Part shown: piece after piece, positions 47,199 to 57,553 of the stretch
How the letters are laid out: every line of letters begins with the position of its first letter
Position numbering within the stretch: position 1 is the first letter of the stretch
DNA from: an uncultured candidate division Zixibacteria bacterium
Lineage (GTDB): Bacteria > Zixibacteria > MSB-5A5 > RBG-16-43-9
Length of the DNA stretch: 64,000 nucleotides
Direction of reading: 5' to 3'
Assembly (NCBI GenBank): GCA_963713865.1
Contig: OY970208.1
Coordinates: 1,088,001 to 1,152,000, forward strand
The notes under the pieces: model-generated
Told to the model about the DNA's origin: nothing
The model's input: the letters and a program-made list of their open reading frames with translations, nothing else
The model's database searches: none
Position numbers and translations under genes: made by a program

Positions 47199-47302
47199 GA
47201 ATGTTTTCCATCATACCAATCTACTCGTCACTCACTACTGGCATTAGCGTAATGTTAAGACGGAAAAGAAAATCCCAAAAGTGACACAGCCATTTTAAGA
47301 CT

Positions 47303-48151
47303 ATGCATCTAATCTCCTCCCCTAAAAAAATGCAACAGCTTGCCCTTTCCCTCAAACGGAAAGGTAAGAAAATCTCTTTTGTGCCTACGATGGGGGCTTT
47401 GCATCAGGGGCATTTGAGTTTGGTTAAAAGGGCAAAAAAATTGGGGGATTTTGTGGTGGCAAGTGTTTTTATTAATCCTACACAGTTTGGGCCTAAAGAG
47501 GATTATAAAAAATATCCCAGGGATTTTAAAAAGGATAAAGAATTGCTCCAAAAAGCTGGATGTGACCTTGTTTTTGCTCCGAGGGTAAAGGATATATATC
47601 CAGAAGTATATTTAACTTATGTTAATGTCGATGAACTCTCGGAGAAATTGGAAGGTGCTTCCAGGCCCGGGCATTTTAAAGGGGTATGCACGATTGTGGC
47701 TAAGCTTTTCAATATAGTTATGCCGGATTATGCTATTTTCGGGCAGAAGGATGCTCAGCAGGCGATTATCATCAAAAAAATGACAGAGGATTTGAACTTT
47801 CCGGTCAGGATAATCGTATCTCCAACAATAAGAGAAAAAGATGGACTTGCCTGTAGTTCCAGAAATAGTTATCTTAACCCTGAAGAGAGGAAACAGGCTA
47901 AAGTGTTGTACCAGGCTCTAAAACTGGGAGAGAAGCTGATTAAAGCTGGTGAAAAAAATCCGAAAAAAATCGTAAATAAGATGAGGAAGCTGATTAATAA
48001 GGAAAAACTGGCAAGAATAGATTATATTTCCCTGACCGATAATGAAAAATTGGAATCGATAGAGATAATCAAAGGTGAAATTCTTCTCTCTTTAGCGGTG
48101 AAATTCGGCAAGACCAGATTAATAGATAATATGAAACTAAAAGCAAAATAA
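47303..48151 (+). CDS. panC: Pantoate--beta-alanine ligase
   Basis: '[12 protein letters not shown]', 'FINPTQF', 'RPGHF', 'FGQKDAQQ', 'SSRN', 'RLIDN'. Confidence 0.95.
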   Translation: MHLISSPKKMQQLALSLKRKGKKISFVPTMGALHQGHLSLVKRAKKLGDFVVASVFINPTQFGPKEDYKKYPRDFKKDKELLQKAGCDLVFAPRVKDIYPEVYLTYVNVDELSEKLEGASRPGHFKGVCTIVAKLFNIVMPDYAIFGQKDAQQAIIIKKMTEDLNFPVRIIVSPTIREKDGLACSSRNSYLNPEERKQAKVLYQALKLGEKLIKAGEKNPKKIVNKMRKLINKEKLARIDYISLTDNEKLESIEIIKGEILLSLAVKFGKTRLIDNMKLKAK

Positions 48152-48164
48152 AAGGTATAAATAT

Positions 48165-48518
48165 ATGATGATAGCGGTTTGCAAGTCGAAAATCCACCGG
48201 GTGAAGGTTACGGATGCCAATCTAAACTATGAAGGGAGTATAACCATCGATCAGGCACTTTTAAAAAAAGTGAATATAATCCCCTATGAGATGGTTCAGG
48301 TAGTTAATATCAATAACGGCGCCAGGTTTGAGACCTACGTTATTCCTGGAAAAGCAAATTCTGGAATAATCTGTCTTAATGGACCTGCTGCCCGGCTGGG
48401 CGAAGTCGGGGACATTTTAATCGTGATCTCCTATGCCTGGATGGAAAAAAAAGAAGCTTTTAGATTTAAACCAAAAGTTGTTTACGTCGATAAGAATAAT
48501 AAGCTCAAGAAAAGATGA
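48165..48518 (+). CDS. panD: Aspartate 1-decarboxylase
   Basis: 'KSKIHR', 'YEGSITID', 'NGARFETY', 'NGPAAR'. Confidence 0.95.
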   Translation: MMIAVCKSKIHRVKVTDANLNYEGSITIDQALLKKVNIIPYEMVQVVNINNGARFETYVIPGKANSGIICLNGPAARLGEVGDILIVISYAWMEKKEAFRFKPKVVYVDKNNKLKKR

Positions 48519-49303
48519 ATCCTGACTTAAAGAAGGTCGGTTGCGTAATCTTAGCTGCGGGCAAAGGGGTAAGGATGAAGTCCGACCTCCCCAAGGTTCT
48601 CCACAGATTAGCTGGAAAACCACTTTTATCTTATGTTTTAGATACAGTTCAAAGTTTAGGTCTGAAAAGAGTTGCCGTTGTAGTCGGGTATCAAGGAGAA
48701 AAGGTCGTTGATTTAACAAAAGGTAAAAATGTGGAGATCGTCTGGCAAAGGGAACAGTTAGGCACCGGGCATGCGGTTATGCAGGCTGAGCCACTATTCT
48801 CTGACTTCAAGGGGGACCTCCTGGTACTTTACGGTGACGTTCCCTTAATCCGAGCCCAAACCATAATTGACCTGGTCGAAATTCACCAGACGAAGAAAGC
48901 CAAAGCCACTGTGCTTACAGCCATATTGGAAGATCCTAAAAGGTATGGAAGGATAGTCCGGAAAAAAGATGGTACCCTGGATAGAATCGTAGAAGATAAA
49001 GATGCTACTCCCGAGGAGAAGAAGATAAAGGAGATCAATTCAGGGGAGATCTGTTTTTCTGCTCCGGACCTGTTTGGTGCTTTAAAAAAGGTGAAAAGGA
49101 ATAATCTGCAAAAGGAATATTATCTTACCGATGTTTTGAAGATATTGAGAGAAGGAGGTGAGACGGTAGAAGCGGTGCTGGTTAAAAATCGATGGGAAAC
49201 TGAAGGGATTAACTCCACTCTGGAATTGAAGCAGATGGAGGAATACCTTTCAAACAAGAAGATTGAATCTGGCGTAAATAAATTAAGCTTGACAAAAAAA
49301 TGA
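48515..49303 (+). CDS. GlmU-like nucleotidyltransferase (N-terminal domain only)
   Basis: '[18 protein letters not shown]', 'QLGTGHAV', 'YGDVP', 'EYYLTD'. The protein ends before any left-handed beta-helix domain. Confidence 0.88.
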   Translation: MNPDLKKVGCVILAAGKGVRMKSDLPKVLHRLAGKPLLSYVLDTVQSLGLKRVAVVVGYQGEKVVDLTKGKNVEIVWQREQLGTGHAVMQAEPLFSDFKGDLLVLYGDVPLIRAQTIIDLVEIHQTKKAKATVLTAILEDPKRYGRIVRKKDGTLDRIVEDKDATPEEKKIKEINSGEICFSAPDLFGALKKVKRNNLQKEYYLTDVLKILREGGETVEAVLVKNRWETEGINSTLELKQMEEYLSNKKIESGVNKLSLTKK

Positions 49304-49316
49304 AAGAAGTTATATT
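49289..49316 (+). promoter_or_regulatory. Putative sigma-70 promoter
   Basis: TTGACA-N16-TATATT upstream of a GAGGGG RBS and ATG 49342. Confidence 0.5.
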
Positions 49317-49341
49317 AAATTATTTCTGGCAAGAGGGGAAA

Positions 49342-49761
49342 ATGAAAAAGGTTTTATTTCTAAACCTGATTACAGTTTTACTTTTAGTCTTCTTCTCTAC
49401 GGGTTTTAGTCAGCAGGGAAGTGTAGACGAACCAGCTATCAAATTAAAAGGGTCAAGTTTACTTGATCCCAGCCGGATGAAACTATACCAGAGCTATTCT
49501 TTTTCTTACTTTTATTCTGGCAAGCAAAGCGGGACATTCGGACTCTATACCAATACCTTAGAATACAAGATCTCCGAGCCTTTACTGGTTCGGGTTGGAC
49601 TGGGTTATCTGCATCAGCCTCTCTCTTTACTCAATAGAGGTAGCCAGGATCTCAAAGGTGTTATCCTACCCAATTTCCAGCTCTTTTATCAGCCGAGCAA
49701 AAATTTTTCACTCCGCATCAATTATTCCAGTATACCTGGCTGGTTAGAGTATGGATATTGA
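49342..49761 (+). CDS. Hypothetical exported protein (beta-strand rich)
   Basis: Signal peptide 'MKKVLFL..TGFS' and alternating aromatic strands. Confidence 0.7.
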   Translation: MKKVLFLNLITVLLLVFFSTGFSQQGSVDEPAIKLKGSSLLDPSRMKLYQSYSFSYFYSGKQSGTFGLYTNTLEYKISEPLLVRVGLGYLHQPLSLLNRGSQDLKGVILPNFQLFYQPSKNFSLRINYSSIPGWLEYGY

Positions 49762-49876
49762 TGAGAGGAAGGTCGCCTTAAATTCTTTATTTGGTTTTTT
49801 CTTATAACGGGTTTTATCTAATATAGATTTTCTAATAGACTTTCTGCAGTGATGGATTTAATCTTTTCCTGAAATT

Positions 49877-50389
49877 ATGTTCAAGAGAAAAGGGAAGGTA
49901 AAAAGTTACCGGTTTTACCGGAAAAGGTCTAAGAAGAAAAAAGGTAGCAGATTTCTGGATCTGGGAATAGCCCTTTTAGGGATATTAACCATTTTATTTG
50001 TGCTCTCTTCAGTCAAAAGGCTAACCCAAACTCAAGCTGAAGGTAGTTTGAGGACAACTCCTTTACGGATACAGGTTTTGAATGCCTCAGGTCAAAGGCT
50101 TAATCCAGAGATTATAAAGTTAAAAATAGAAGAAAAAGATTTGAACCCTTATTTTTTGGTGGTTGTGGAACAAAAAGATTTTTCTGATTCCTTAGTTAAA
50201 GAAAGTCTACTTCTGGATAGAATGGGGGGAAAAGGGATTTCCAAACAGGTAGCTGAAAAGTTAGGATTGAAAAGGGAGAATATCCTTTTGGAGAAATTAG
50301 AGGGGAATTATCTTAATATAAGTTATACTTTGATTCTGGGTCAGGATTACCAGAAGCTATTAAAACTAAATGATCAAAAGGAGGAATAA
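49877..50389 (+). CDS. LytR_C-like membrane-anchored protein
   Basis: Basic N-terminus, one transmembrane segment, 'IQVLNASG', C-terminal 'LILGQDY'; lies upstream of rsfS. Confidence 0.75.
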   Translation: MFKRKGKVKSYRFYRKRSKKKKGSRFLDLGIALLGILTILFVLSSVKRLTQTQAEGSLRTTPLRIQVLNASGQRLNPEIIKLKIEEKDLNPYFLVVVEQKDFSDSLVKESLLLDRMGGKGISKQVAEKLGLKRENILLEKLEGNYLNISYTLILGQDYQKLLKLNDQKEE

Positions 50390-50398
50390 AAGCTCAAG

Positions 50399-50773
50399 TT
50401 GAAAATCTCTTCCCGGAGTTTAGCTAATTTGGTTGGCAGTTATGCCCTGGAGAAAAAAGCCTCGAAGATAGAGATTTTAGACCTTCGAAAGCTTACCGAC
50501 ATCACTGACTATTTCGTGATCTGCTCAGCTGAGGTGGCTCTGCACGCCAGAGCGATAGCGGATCATATTACCGAAAACTTAGAAGAAAAGGGGATAAAGT
50601 CCTGGCATTGTGAGGGACATCAAAGCTCCAGATGGATACTTTTAGATTATGTGGATGTGGTGGTGCATATATTCTTAGAGGAGAGTCGGGAATTTTACGG
50701 ACTGGAGAAACTATGGGGGGATGCGAAGGTAAAAGAGGTTAAGGAAAAAATTAAATCACCATTAAAAGAATAG
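50399..50773 (+). CDS. rsfS: Ribosome silencing factor
   Basis: 'EKKA..LDL..TDYFVICS', 'WILLDYVDVVVHIF..REFYGLEKLW'. Confidence 0.93.
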   Translation: MKISSRSLANLVGSYALEKKASKIEILDLRKLTDITDYFVICSAEVALHARAIADHITENLEEKGIKSWHCEGHQSSRWILLDYVDVVVHIFLEESREFYGLEKLWGDAKVKEVKEKIKSPLKE

Positions 50774-50876
50774 ATCGACCGCTTTTAGATATTTCCTCTA
50801 TTAAGCAAGTTAAATGTGGATAATAAAAATTCAAGTATGAGGACATTAATCAAAACAAAATTTAAGAGGAGAATTT

Positions 50877-52124
50877 ATGGATATAGTAGAGCTTAAAAGT
50901 AAAACCGTATCTGAACTTCTGCAATTAGCGGAGGAGTTAGATATACCCGGCTGTGCAGGGTTGAGGAAACAGGACCTGATCTTCAAAATCCTGGAAGCAA
51001 AGACGGAGAAAAACGGGCTTATTTTCGCAGAAGGGGTCCTGGAGATTTTACCAGAGGGTTATGGTTTCCTGCGTTCTCCGGATTATAACTATCTTCCCGG
51101 TCCGGACGATATCTATGTCTCCCCTTCCCAGATAAAGAGGTTCGATTTGAGAAAGGGGGATACTATTTCCGGTCAGGTCAGGCCTCCCAAAGATTCAGAG
51201 AGGTATTTTGCCCTTTTGAAAATCGAGGCGGTGAATTTCGAAAATCCGGAAGTGGCTAAGCATAAAATCCTTTTTGATAACTTAACTCCTCTTTATGCGC
51301 AGAAAAGGATTAAGTTAGAGACTGTTACTGAAGAAGTCTCTATGCGGATAATGGATTTGATTTGCCCGGTTGGAAAAGGGCAAAGGGGATTGATTGTTTC
51401 TCCTCCTAAAGCAGGTAAGACCATTCTTCTTCAAAAGATGGCCAATAGCATTACCGCCAACCATCCGGAGATAAAGCTTATAGTGCTTTTGATCGATGAA
51501 AGGCCGGAAGAGGTGACGGATATGAAACGCTCGGTTAAGGGTGAGGTGGTAAGCTCCACTTTCGATGAGCCGGCAGACCGGCACGTGCAGGTAGCAGATA
51601 TGGTCATAGAAAAAGCAAAGAGATTGGTTGAACATCAACAACATGTGGTTATCCTTTTAGATAGCATCACCCGTTTGGCCCGGGCGCATAATGCAGTTGT
51701 TCCGCATAGCGGTAAGATCCTTTCCGGTGGAGTGGATGCTAATGCTTTGCAGAGGCCTAAAAGATTTTTTGGAGCGGCTCGAAATATAGAGGAGGGTGGG
51801 AGCTTGACCATTATGGCAACTGCCCTGATTGAGACCGGAAGCCGGATGGATGAGGTTATCTTTGAGGAGTTTAAAGGAACTGGAAACATGGAAATAGTCT
51901 TAGATCGGAGGCTTCAAGATCGCAGGATTTTTCCGGCTATGGATATCAACCGTTCAGGCACCCGTAAGGAAGAGCTTTTATTAACTGAGGAGGAGTTGAG
52001 TAAAATCTGGATCTTGAGGAGATTCTTGAATGAGATGAACTCAGTTGAGGCTATGGAGTTTTTACTGGACAGGATAAGAAAGACCAAAAACAATGGTAAA
52101 TTTTTGGAGTCAATGAAGGACTAA
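50877..52124 (+). CDS. rho: Transcription termination factor Rho
   Basis: '[22 protein letters not shown]', '[17 protein letters not shown]', '[12 protein letters not shown]', 'FKGTGNME'. Confidence 0.97.
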   Translation: MDIVELKSKTVSELLQLAEELDIPGCAGLRKQDLIFKILEAKTEKNGLIFAEGVLEILPEGYGFLRSPDYNYLPGPDDIYVSPSQIKRFDLRKGDTISGQVRPPKDSERYFALLKIEAVNFENPEVAKHKILFDNLTPLYAQKRIKLETVTEEVSMRIMDLICPVGKGQRGLIVSPPKAGKTILLQKMANSITANHPEIKLIVLLIDERPEEVTDMKRSVKGEVVSSTFDEPADRHVQVADMVIEKAKRLVEHQQHVVILLDSITRLARAHNAVVPHSGKILSGGVDANALQRPKRFFGAARNIEEGGSLTIMATALIETGSRMDEVIFEEFKGTGNMEIVLDRRLQDRRIFPAMDINRSGTRKEELLLTEEELSKIWILRRFLNEMNSVEAMEFLLDRIRKTKNNGKFLESMKD

Positions 52125-52219
52125 TTTTTTTGGGGTTCGTTTAACCTGCCCCTTTTTTATATACCATAACATTATAGTTGCTTGATTTGGCAAGTTTGTT
52201 TTGCTGAAGCGAAACTTTA

Positions 52220-52262
52220 CCCCACCCTACCCTCCCCTTTCTAATGAGAGGGAAGGGAGAGG
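52220..52262. repeat. CCCCACCCT..CCCTCCC...GGGAGAGG-type palindromic repeat
   Basis: CCCCACCCTACCCTCCCCTTTC...GAGAGGGAAGGGAGAGG resembles the outer element at 39991. Confidence 0.55.
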
Positions 52263-52588
52263 TTTTTCTGTTAGATGAGGGGAACCCAAATGGTTATGGA
52301 GACCTTTTCTTCGTTGTTGAGAACACCAATCCTGTGGATCCCCAATTTTGGGTCTTGATGAAAAATTCGGACGAAAAGCAAAATCTACTTTACCTGAGAC
52401 AGATTGCTTCGTCGTCCCACCTATGGAAGACTCCTCGCAATTACAATTGATCAATTCCCTCGGTTCGGGCAGGAATCGTACTCCTACCCGGGAATGGGGT
52501 AAAACCCCTATCTCAGTATGGTGACCACACCCCCACAGTTTAATTTTGTCTTGCGATTTTTTGAAATTTTCTATAAGTTAGTTTCAAT

Positions 52589-53614
52589 ATGAGAGGAATG
52601 CCGATTTTAGGTATCACTATGGGTGATCCAGCTGGAATAGGTCCAGAGGTGGTCTTTAAATCGATAATAAGTCCCCAGGTTAAAAAGGTTTGTATCCCTT
52701 TAGTCTTTGGTTCCAAAGACGTTTTCTCTGAGACGATGAATAAATACGCTAAAGGTTATAAGTTAAATCAAGTCTATTCAATAGAAGAACTTAATAGAGA
52801 TAAAAAGGTTATAAATATTTTACATTGCACCGATTTGGATTATAAGAAGGTAAAAATTGGAGAAATTAATAAAACCTCAGGTGATATGGCAGCTTGCTGT
52901 TTAGTTTATGCAGTTCAGTTCGCTTTAGCCCGGGAAATAGATGGGATGGTGACTGCACCTTTATCCAAGAAGGGTCTAAAATCAGCCGGTTATGATTTTC
53001 CAGGACAGACTGAGATGATCGCTTTCCTTACTGCTTCCACTAAATTCGGGATGATGTTTGTAAGAGAGGATTTAAAACTTATCCTGGTAACCACCCATTT
53101 ACCTTTATCCAGAGTGAGCAGAGAGATCAATTCTCGGAAAGTTTTTGAAAAGATTGAGCTGGCAGATAAGGTTTTAAGGTTTTTATTCCGAATAAAATCA
53201 CCCAAAATCGGTGTCTGTGCTTTAAACCCTCATTCTGGAGAGGAAGGGCTTTTTGGAAAAGAGGAAAAAGAAGCGATTATACCTGCTATTAAAAAAGCTC
53301 AAGGAAATAAGATAAGAGCATTTGGTCCTTTTGCAGCTGATTCTATATTCGGTAAAGAATTTTCAGCTAAGTTCAATTGTATAATAGCGATGTATCATGA
53401 TCAAGGGCTTATTCCGATGAAAATAAACGGAGTAGGGAGCTCGATTAATCTCTCAGTTGGTATTCCAATCATCCGTACCTCTCCGGATTTCGGTACCGCC
53501 CTGGATATTGCAGGTAAAGGAAAGGCAGATCCAAAAGGGATGATTAAGGCTATAATTTTAGCGGTCAATTTGACAAAATCTGCAAAATATTTAGAGAAGG
53601 TCTGGTCTAATTAA
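52589..53614 (+). CDS. pdxA: 4-hydroxythreonine-4-phosphate dehydrogenase family protein
   Basis: 'TMGDPAGIGPE', 'TAPLSK', 'LNPHSGE', 'MYHDQGL', 'RTSPD.GTA.DIAGKG'. Confidence 0.88.
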   Translation: MRGMPILGITMGDPAGIGPEVVFKSIISPQVKKVCIPLVFGSKDVFSETMNKYAKGYKLNQVYSIEELNRDKKVINILHCTDLDYKKVKIGEINKTSGDMAACCLVYAVQFALAREIDGMVTAPLSKKGLKSAGYDFPGQTEMIAFLTASTKFGMMFVREDLKLILVTTHLPLSRVSREINSRKVFEKIELADKVLRFLFRIKSPKIGVCALNPHSGEEGLFGKEEKEAIIPAIKKAQGNKIRAFGPFAADSIFGKEFSAKFNCIIAMYHDQGLIPMKINGVGSSINLSVGIPIIRTSPDFGTALDIAGKGKADPKGMIKAIILAVNLTKSAKYLEKVWSN

Positions 53615-53624
53615 AGGTAATTAA

Positions 53625-54290
53625 ATGAAAGATATTATTATAAAAGCACAGGGTATCACTAAAATCTATGAGGGCTTTAAAATCGCTTTGAAAAATATTG
53701 ATCTGGAAATAGAAAAGGGTGAATTCCTTTTCCTGGTTGGATTGAACGGGGCCGGGAAAACCACGTTACTTAAACTTCTCTGGATGGAGGAGGAACCAAG
53801 TTCAGGTATGGTCTTCATAGATGGATGCAGTACTCTGGAAAAAGATAAAAAAAGGGTTTCAGATTTAAAACGGAAATTGGGGCTGGTGTTCGAAGATTTA
53901 AAGCTTATGAGGAAGAAAACTTTAGAAGATAATTTAGCTTTTCCTTTGAGGGTTCTGGGTAAAAATGAAAAATATATTAAATCAAAAGTAGCTGAGCTTT
54001 TGGGAACTTTTAACCTCTACTCCAAAAGGAGACTTTTACCAGAAGAGATTTCAGCCGGGGAAAGGAAAAAACTGGCTATTGCCCGGGCAGTGATAAACGA
54101 GCCGCTGATAATTTTAGGGGATGAACCTTTCGGAGGGTTAGATGAAAACTACTCCTCTGAGATAATCGACTTTTTTAAACAAGTAAATTTTAAAGGCACT
54201 ACCGTGTTTTTAGCTACCCATAGAACTAACCTTGTCAGAAATTTTAAAGGGAGAGTAATCCAGTTAGAGAATGGGGAGATAAGAAGATGA
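53625..54290 (+). CDS. ftsE: Cell division ABC ATPase FtsE (divergent)
   Basis: Walker A 'GLNGAGKTT', Walker B 'ILGDEP', 'ATH'; adjacent to ftsX and envC. Confidence 0.82.
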   Translation: MKDIIIKAQGITKIYEGFKIALKNIDLEIEKGEFLFLVGLNGAGKTTLLKLLWMEEEPSSGMVFIDGCSTLEKDKKRVSDLKRKLGLVFEDLKLMRKKTLEDNLAFPLRVLGKNEKYIKSKVAELLGTFNLYSKRRLLPEEISAGERKKLAIARAVINEPLIILGDEPFGGLDENYSSEIIDFFKQVNFKGTTVFLATHRTNLVRNFKGRVIQLENGEIRR

Positions 54291-55138
54291 GCTTAGTTTT
54301 CTGGTTAAAGGAGTCGTTTGCCGGGTTTTTCAGGGAAAAAGGCTCTGCTTTTATATCTTTCTTCGTCAACACCTTTTTCTTTCTGATCTTCGCCATTTTC
54401 CTTTTAGTTACTTATAATCTTTACACCTTCACCCAGAAGGTAAAACAAAAGATGGAGATAGACGTCTATGTATCTGAGGGATTAACAGACAAAGAGAACG
54501 AGGAGTTAAAGTCTAAAATTATAAAAATAGAAGGGGTGGAGGGTGCTATATTTCGTACCAAAGAAAAAGCTCTGCAGGAACTTAAAAATTATTTAGGTAA
54601 GGATATCTTAGAAGGTCTGGAATCTAATCCTTTGCCTTCTTCCTGGGTAGTGAAATTAAAGCCAGCTCATCAGAACTTAGAGAAGATGCAAAAAATCTCT
54701 TCCCAGATAGCAAAGATCAAAGGGGTAGAGGAGACAGACTACGGAAAGTTCTGGGTAGAAAAAATGGATCAACTTTTCGAAATCTTCCTCTGGGTAAATT
54801 TAGTTTTAGGGATTCTGATAATTTCGGGCTCTTTGTTTTTGATGATTCATACCTTAAGAACTATCCGCCAGTCTAAAGCTGAGGAGCTTACTCTTTTAAA
54901 TCTTTTAGGCGCAGAAAGAGGTTTCTTAAGAAAGGTTTTTCTTTTCGAAGGAATTATGCATGGCGGAGTGTGCGCATTTTTAAGCTTATTAATCCTTTAC
55001 ATACTTCACAGATTATTTATTTATTTCGGATTCGAGCTCAGCTTTTTGTCCTTGTCCCTTTCGATTACCTTTGTTTTCTTCGGATTTCTCTTAGGCGGAT
55101 CTGCCGGGCTTTTGTCCGGTGGGAAAAAATTAAGTTGA
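54287..55138 (+). CDS. ftsX: Cell division permease FtsX
   Basis: Four transmembrane segments, 'NPLPSS', 'GVEETDYG', 'LLGA..FLFEG'. Confidence 0.85.
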   Translation: MSLVFWLKESFAGFFREKGSAFISFFVNTFFFLIFAIFLLVTYNLYTFTQKVKQKMEIDVYVSEGLTDKENEELKSKIIKIEGVEGAIFRTKEKALQELKNYLGKDILEGLESNPLPSSWVVKLKPAHQNLEKMQKISSQIAKIKGVEETDYGKFWVEKMDQLFEIFLWVNLVLGILIISGSLFLMIHTLRTIRQSKAEELTLLNLLGAERGFLRKVFLFEGIMHGGVCAFLSLLILYILHRLFIYFGFELSFLSLSLSITFVFFGFLLGGSAGLLSGGKKLS

Positions 55139-55201
55139 TACAGTAAGACAGGAATTTCAGGTTGGAGCAGGGCAATTGCCCTGTCCCAGCGGAAAAGATG
55201 T

Positions 55202-56383
55202 ATGATGAAAGGGTTTTTCAAATTAAGCGTCGTCCTTTTTCTTTCTTTTTTAAGTTCAGGGATTTTATTATATTCTGCTAATAAAGGTAAAGTCCGGGCT
55301 CAAGGTCTGGATGATAGAATCACTGAACAAAAAGATGAATTAGAGAAGATCAGAAAAGAGTTAGAAGGAAAAAGAGAGAAGGTTAAGAAGCTTTCCAAGA
55401 AAGAGTCCTCGGTTTTCATCGAGATAAAGAATTTAGAGGAAGAGCTTGAGCTTATAGATAAACTACTTTTGAGGCTTAATCAGAAATCTAAAAAGGTGGG
55501 GAAAGATATTATAACCACGGAGACGCTTTTGGGGAAATCTCAATTGAGATTTCAAGCTAAAAGGGAGGAGTTAGGGTGTCGCCTCAGAGATATTTACAAA
55601 TATATGAGGTTCAGGGAATATGAGATCCTCACCGGTGCCTCATCCCCGCTTGATCTGATGAGGAGGTTGAAATATATGAAGCTTATCACCCGACAGGATC
55701 AGACTTTAATTCAGGAGATCTCAAAAGAGATTAAGAACATAGAAGAAAACAAAAAATCCTTGGAGTCAAAAAGGAAGGAACTAACTTCTTTGATTAAGGA
55801 AAAGGATAAAGAGGAAAAGAAAAGGAATCAGGAGAAAAGCAAGAGAGAGAAACTTCTGAAAACGATTAGATCGGAAAAGGAAATCTATCTTCAATCGGTT
55901 AAGGAATTAGAGAAAAGCGCTCAGGAGATTGAAAAACTTTTAACCTCCTTAGAAAAAGAAAGGTTTAAAAAAGAAGTTGAGACCACAACCGGTCTATTCC
56001 GGGCTTTAAAGGGTAGGCTCCCCTGGCCGATTACAGGAAGAATAGTCTTAGGTTTTGGTGAGCAGAAGGAGGCAAGGTTTAATACCAAGCTTTTTAATCC
56101 CGGAATCGATATCTCACCTTCTTCAGATCTGGAGGTGAAAGCGGTAGCGGATGGCAGGGTAGTCTATTCATCCTGGCTCAGGGGTTATGGTAACTTTATC
56201 ATACTCCAGCATGATGATGGTTATTATACAGTTTATGCCAATCTAAAAGAGATTCTGGTAGGGGTAGGTGAAAATGTAGGGAGAGCCCAAACCATTGCCC
56301 GGTTAAATGGTTCTGAAAACAATTTTCATTTTGAGATAAGGAAGGGGAAAGAACAGCTTGACCCCTTAGAGTGGTTAAAATAA
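55202..56383 (+). CDS. envC: Murein hydrolase activator EnvC (coiled coil plus degenerate M23)
   Basis: Long coiled coil, 'KGRLPWPITG', 'GIDI', 'LRGYGNFIILQH', 'HFEIR'. Confidence 0.85.
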   Translation: MMKGFFKLSVVLFLSFLSSGILLYSANKGKVRAQGLDDRITEQKDELEKIRKELEGKREKVKKLSKKESSVFIEIKNLEEELELIDKLLLRLNQKSKKVGKDIITTETLLGKSQLRFQAKREELGCRLRDIYKYMRFREYEILTGASSPLDLMRRLKYMKLITRQDQTLIQEISKEIKNIEENKKSLESKRKELTSLIKEKDKEEKKRNQEKSKREKLLKTIRSEKEIYLQSVKELEKSAQEIEKLLTSLEKERFKKEVETTTGLFRALKGRLPWPITGRIVLGFGEQKEARFNTKLFNPGIDISPSSDLEVKAVADGRVVYSSWLRGYGNFIILQHDDGYYTVYANLKEILVGVGENVGRAQTIARLNGSENNFHFEIRKGKEQLDPLEWLK

Positions 56384-57522
56384 TGGTCATTAAAGATATT
56401 TTAGATCAGGAAGTTGTCAAAAAGATTTTGCAGGGAGCCTTGAGGGAGAAAAGGATTGCTCATTCCTATCTTTTTACCGGTCCAGCCGGCACTGGCAAGT
56501 GGTTTACTGCGATTGAATTAGCCAAAGCAGTCAATTGTTTAAAAGGTGGGTTTGATTCCTGTGAAGAATGTTTAGCCTGTAAGAAAATCAATCGTTTGAT
56601 CCATCCGGATTTGTCTTTAATCTTCCCGCTTCCACCCTCCTCTTCGGGCAAAAAAAGCAAAAAAGAAAAAGAGGAGGAGGAACAGAAAAACCGGACTAAA
56701 TTTAAAGAGGAAAAACTTTCCAATCCGTATAAGATCGTTAAATACGAAAAACCAGGCTCGATCTCCATAGAAGAAGTGAGAAACGCTCAGAAAAATCTAC
56801 GGTACACTCCAGTAGAAGGCAAATATAAAGTTTTGATAGTACAGGAGCCAGAGAAGATGTCATTGGCAGCGGAGAACTGTTTTCTTAAAACCTTAGAGGA
56901 ACCGCCCAGAGATTCTCTTTTGATCTTTTTAAGCTCTGAGCCGGAAAAGCTTTTACCTACGATAGTGTCCCGCTGTCAGAGGATAAGGTTCAAAAGGATC
57001 TCAGAGGAGCTTATTGCCTTGAGACTTGAAGAAATCTTTAAGTTCTCCGGAGATAAAGCCCTTCATTATGCCAGACTCTCAGAAGGGAGCTTGGGGATGG
57101 CTTTTTCCTTAGCGGAAGGAGGTAGGGATGAGATTCGCTTCAATGGGGTGGAGTTCTTAAAAGTAGTTCATAATAAGGATAGAATAAAATTGGTTGAGTT
57201 CGTAGAGCAAATCCTAAGGGATTACGAAAGAGAATCTCTTTTAGAGCTTTTAAATTTTCTTTCAGGTCTGTTGAGAGACATCTACGTTTTTTCTGAAACC
57301 CAGAAGGAAGAGAGGTTTTTAAATCCGGACCTGAGGAAGGAGATAAAAGCTTTTGTCCAGTATTTCAAAGGGAGAGAAGAATTAGAAAAGACATTAGAAC
57401 TGGTTGAAAAAATTCGGGAAGACCTTTTGAGGAATGTTAATTTGAAGTTAGCCCTTTTAAACTTAGGATTTGAGCTGAGGAAGATAACCTCAGGCTTAAG
57501 GAGAGAGAAGCTGGTTACGTAA
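56383..57522 (+). CDS. holB: DNA polymerase III subunit delta'
   Basis: 'HSYLFTGPAGTGK', Zn-binding 'CEECLAC', 'HPD', 'LKTLEEPP', 'LLPTIVSRC'. Confidence 0.9.
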   Translation: MVIKDILDQEVVKKILQGALREKRIAHSYLFTGPAGTGKWFTAIELAKAVNCLKGGFDSCEECLACKKINRLIHPDLSLIFPLPPSSSGKKSKKEKEEEEQKNRTKFKEEKLSNPYKIVKYEKPGSISIEEVRNAQKNLRYTPVEGKYKVLIVQEPEKMSLAAENCFLKTLEEPPRDSLLIFLSSEPEKLLPTIVSRCQRIRFKRISEELIALRLEEIFKFSGDKALHYARLSEGSLGMAFSLAEGGRDEIRFNGVEFLKVVHNKDRIKLVEFVEQILRDYERESLLELLNFLSGLLRDIYVFSETQKEERFLNPDLRKEIKAFVQYFKGREELEKTLELVEKIREDLLRNVNLKLALLNLGFELRKITSGLRREKLVT

Positions 57523-57553
57523 TATCATTATATAGTTAAAGAAAATAAAGGAG

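Noticed and set aside
52227-52454. Short ORFs 52227-52454 (-) and 52244-52450 (+)
   Set aside because: They are made of palindromic repeat sequence and show no protein-family signal.
55202-56383. Loss of M23 zinc ligands as a novelty
   Set aside because: A degenerate M23 site is the normal state for EnvC.
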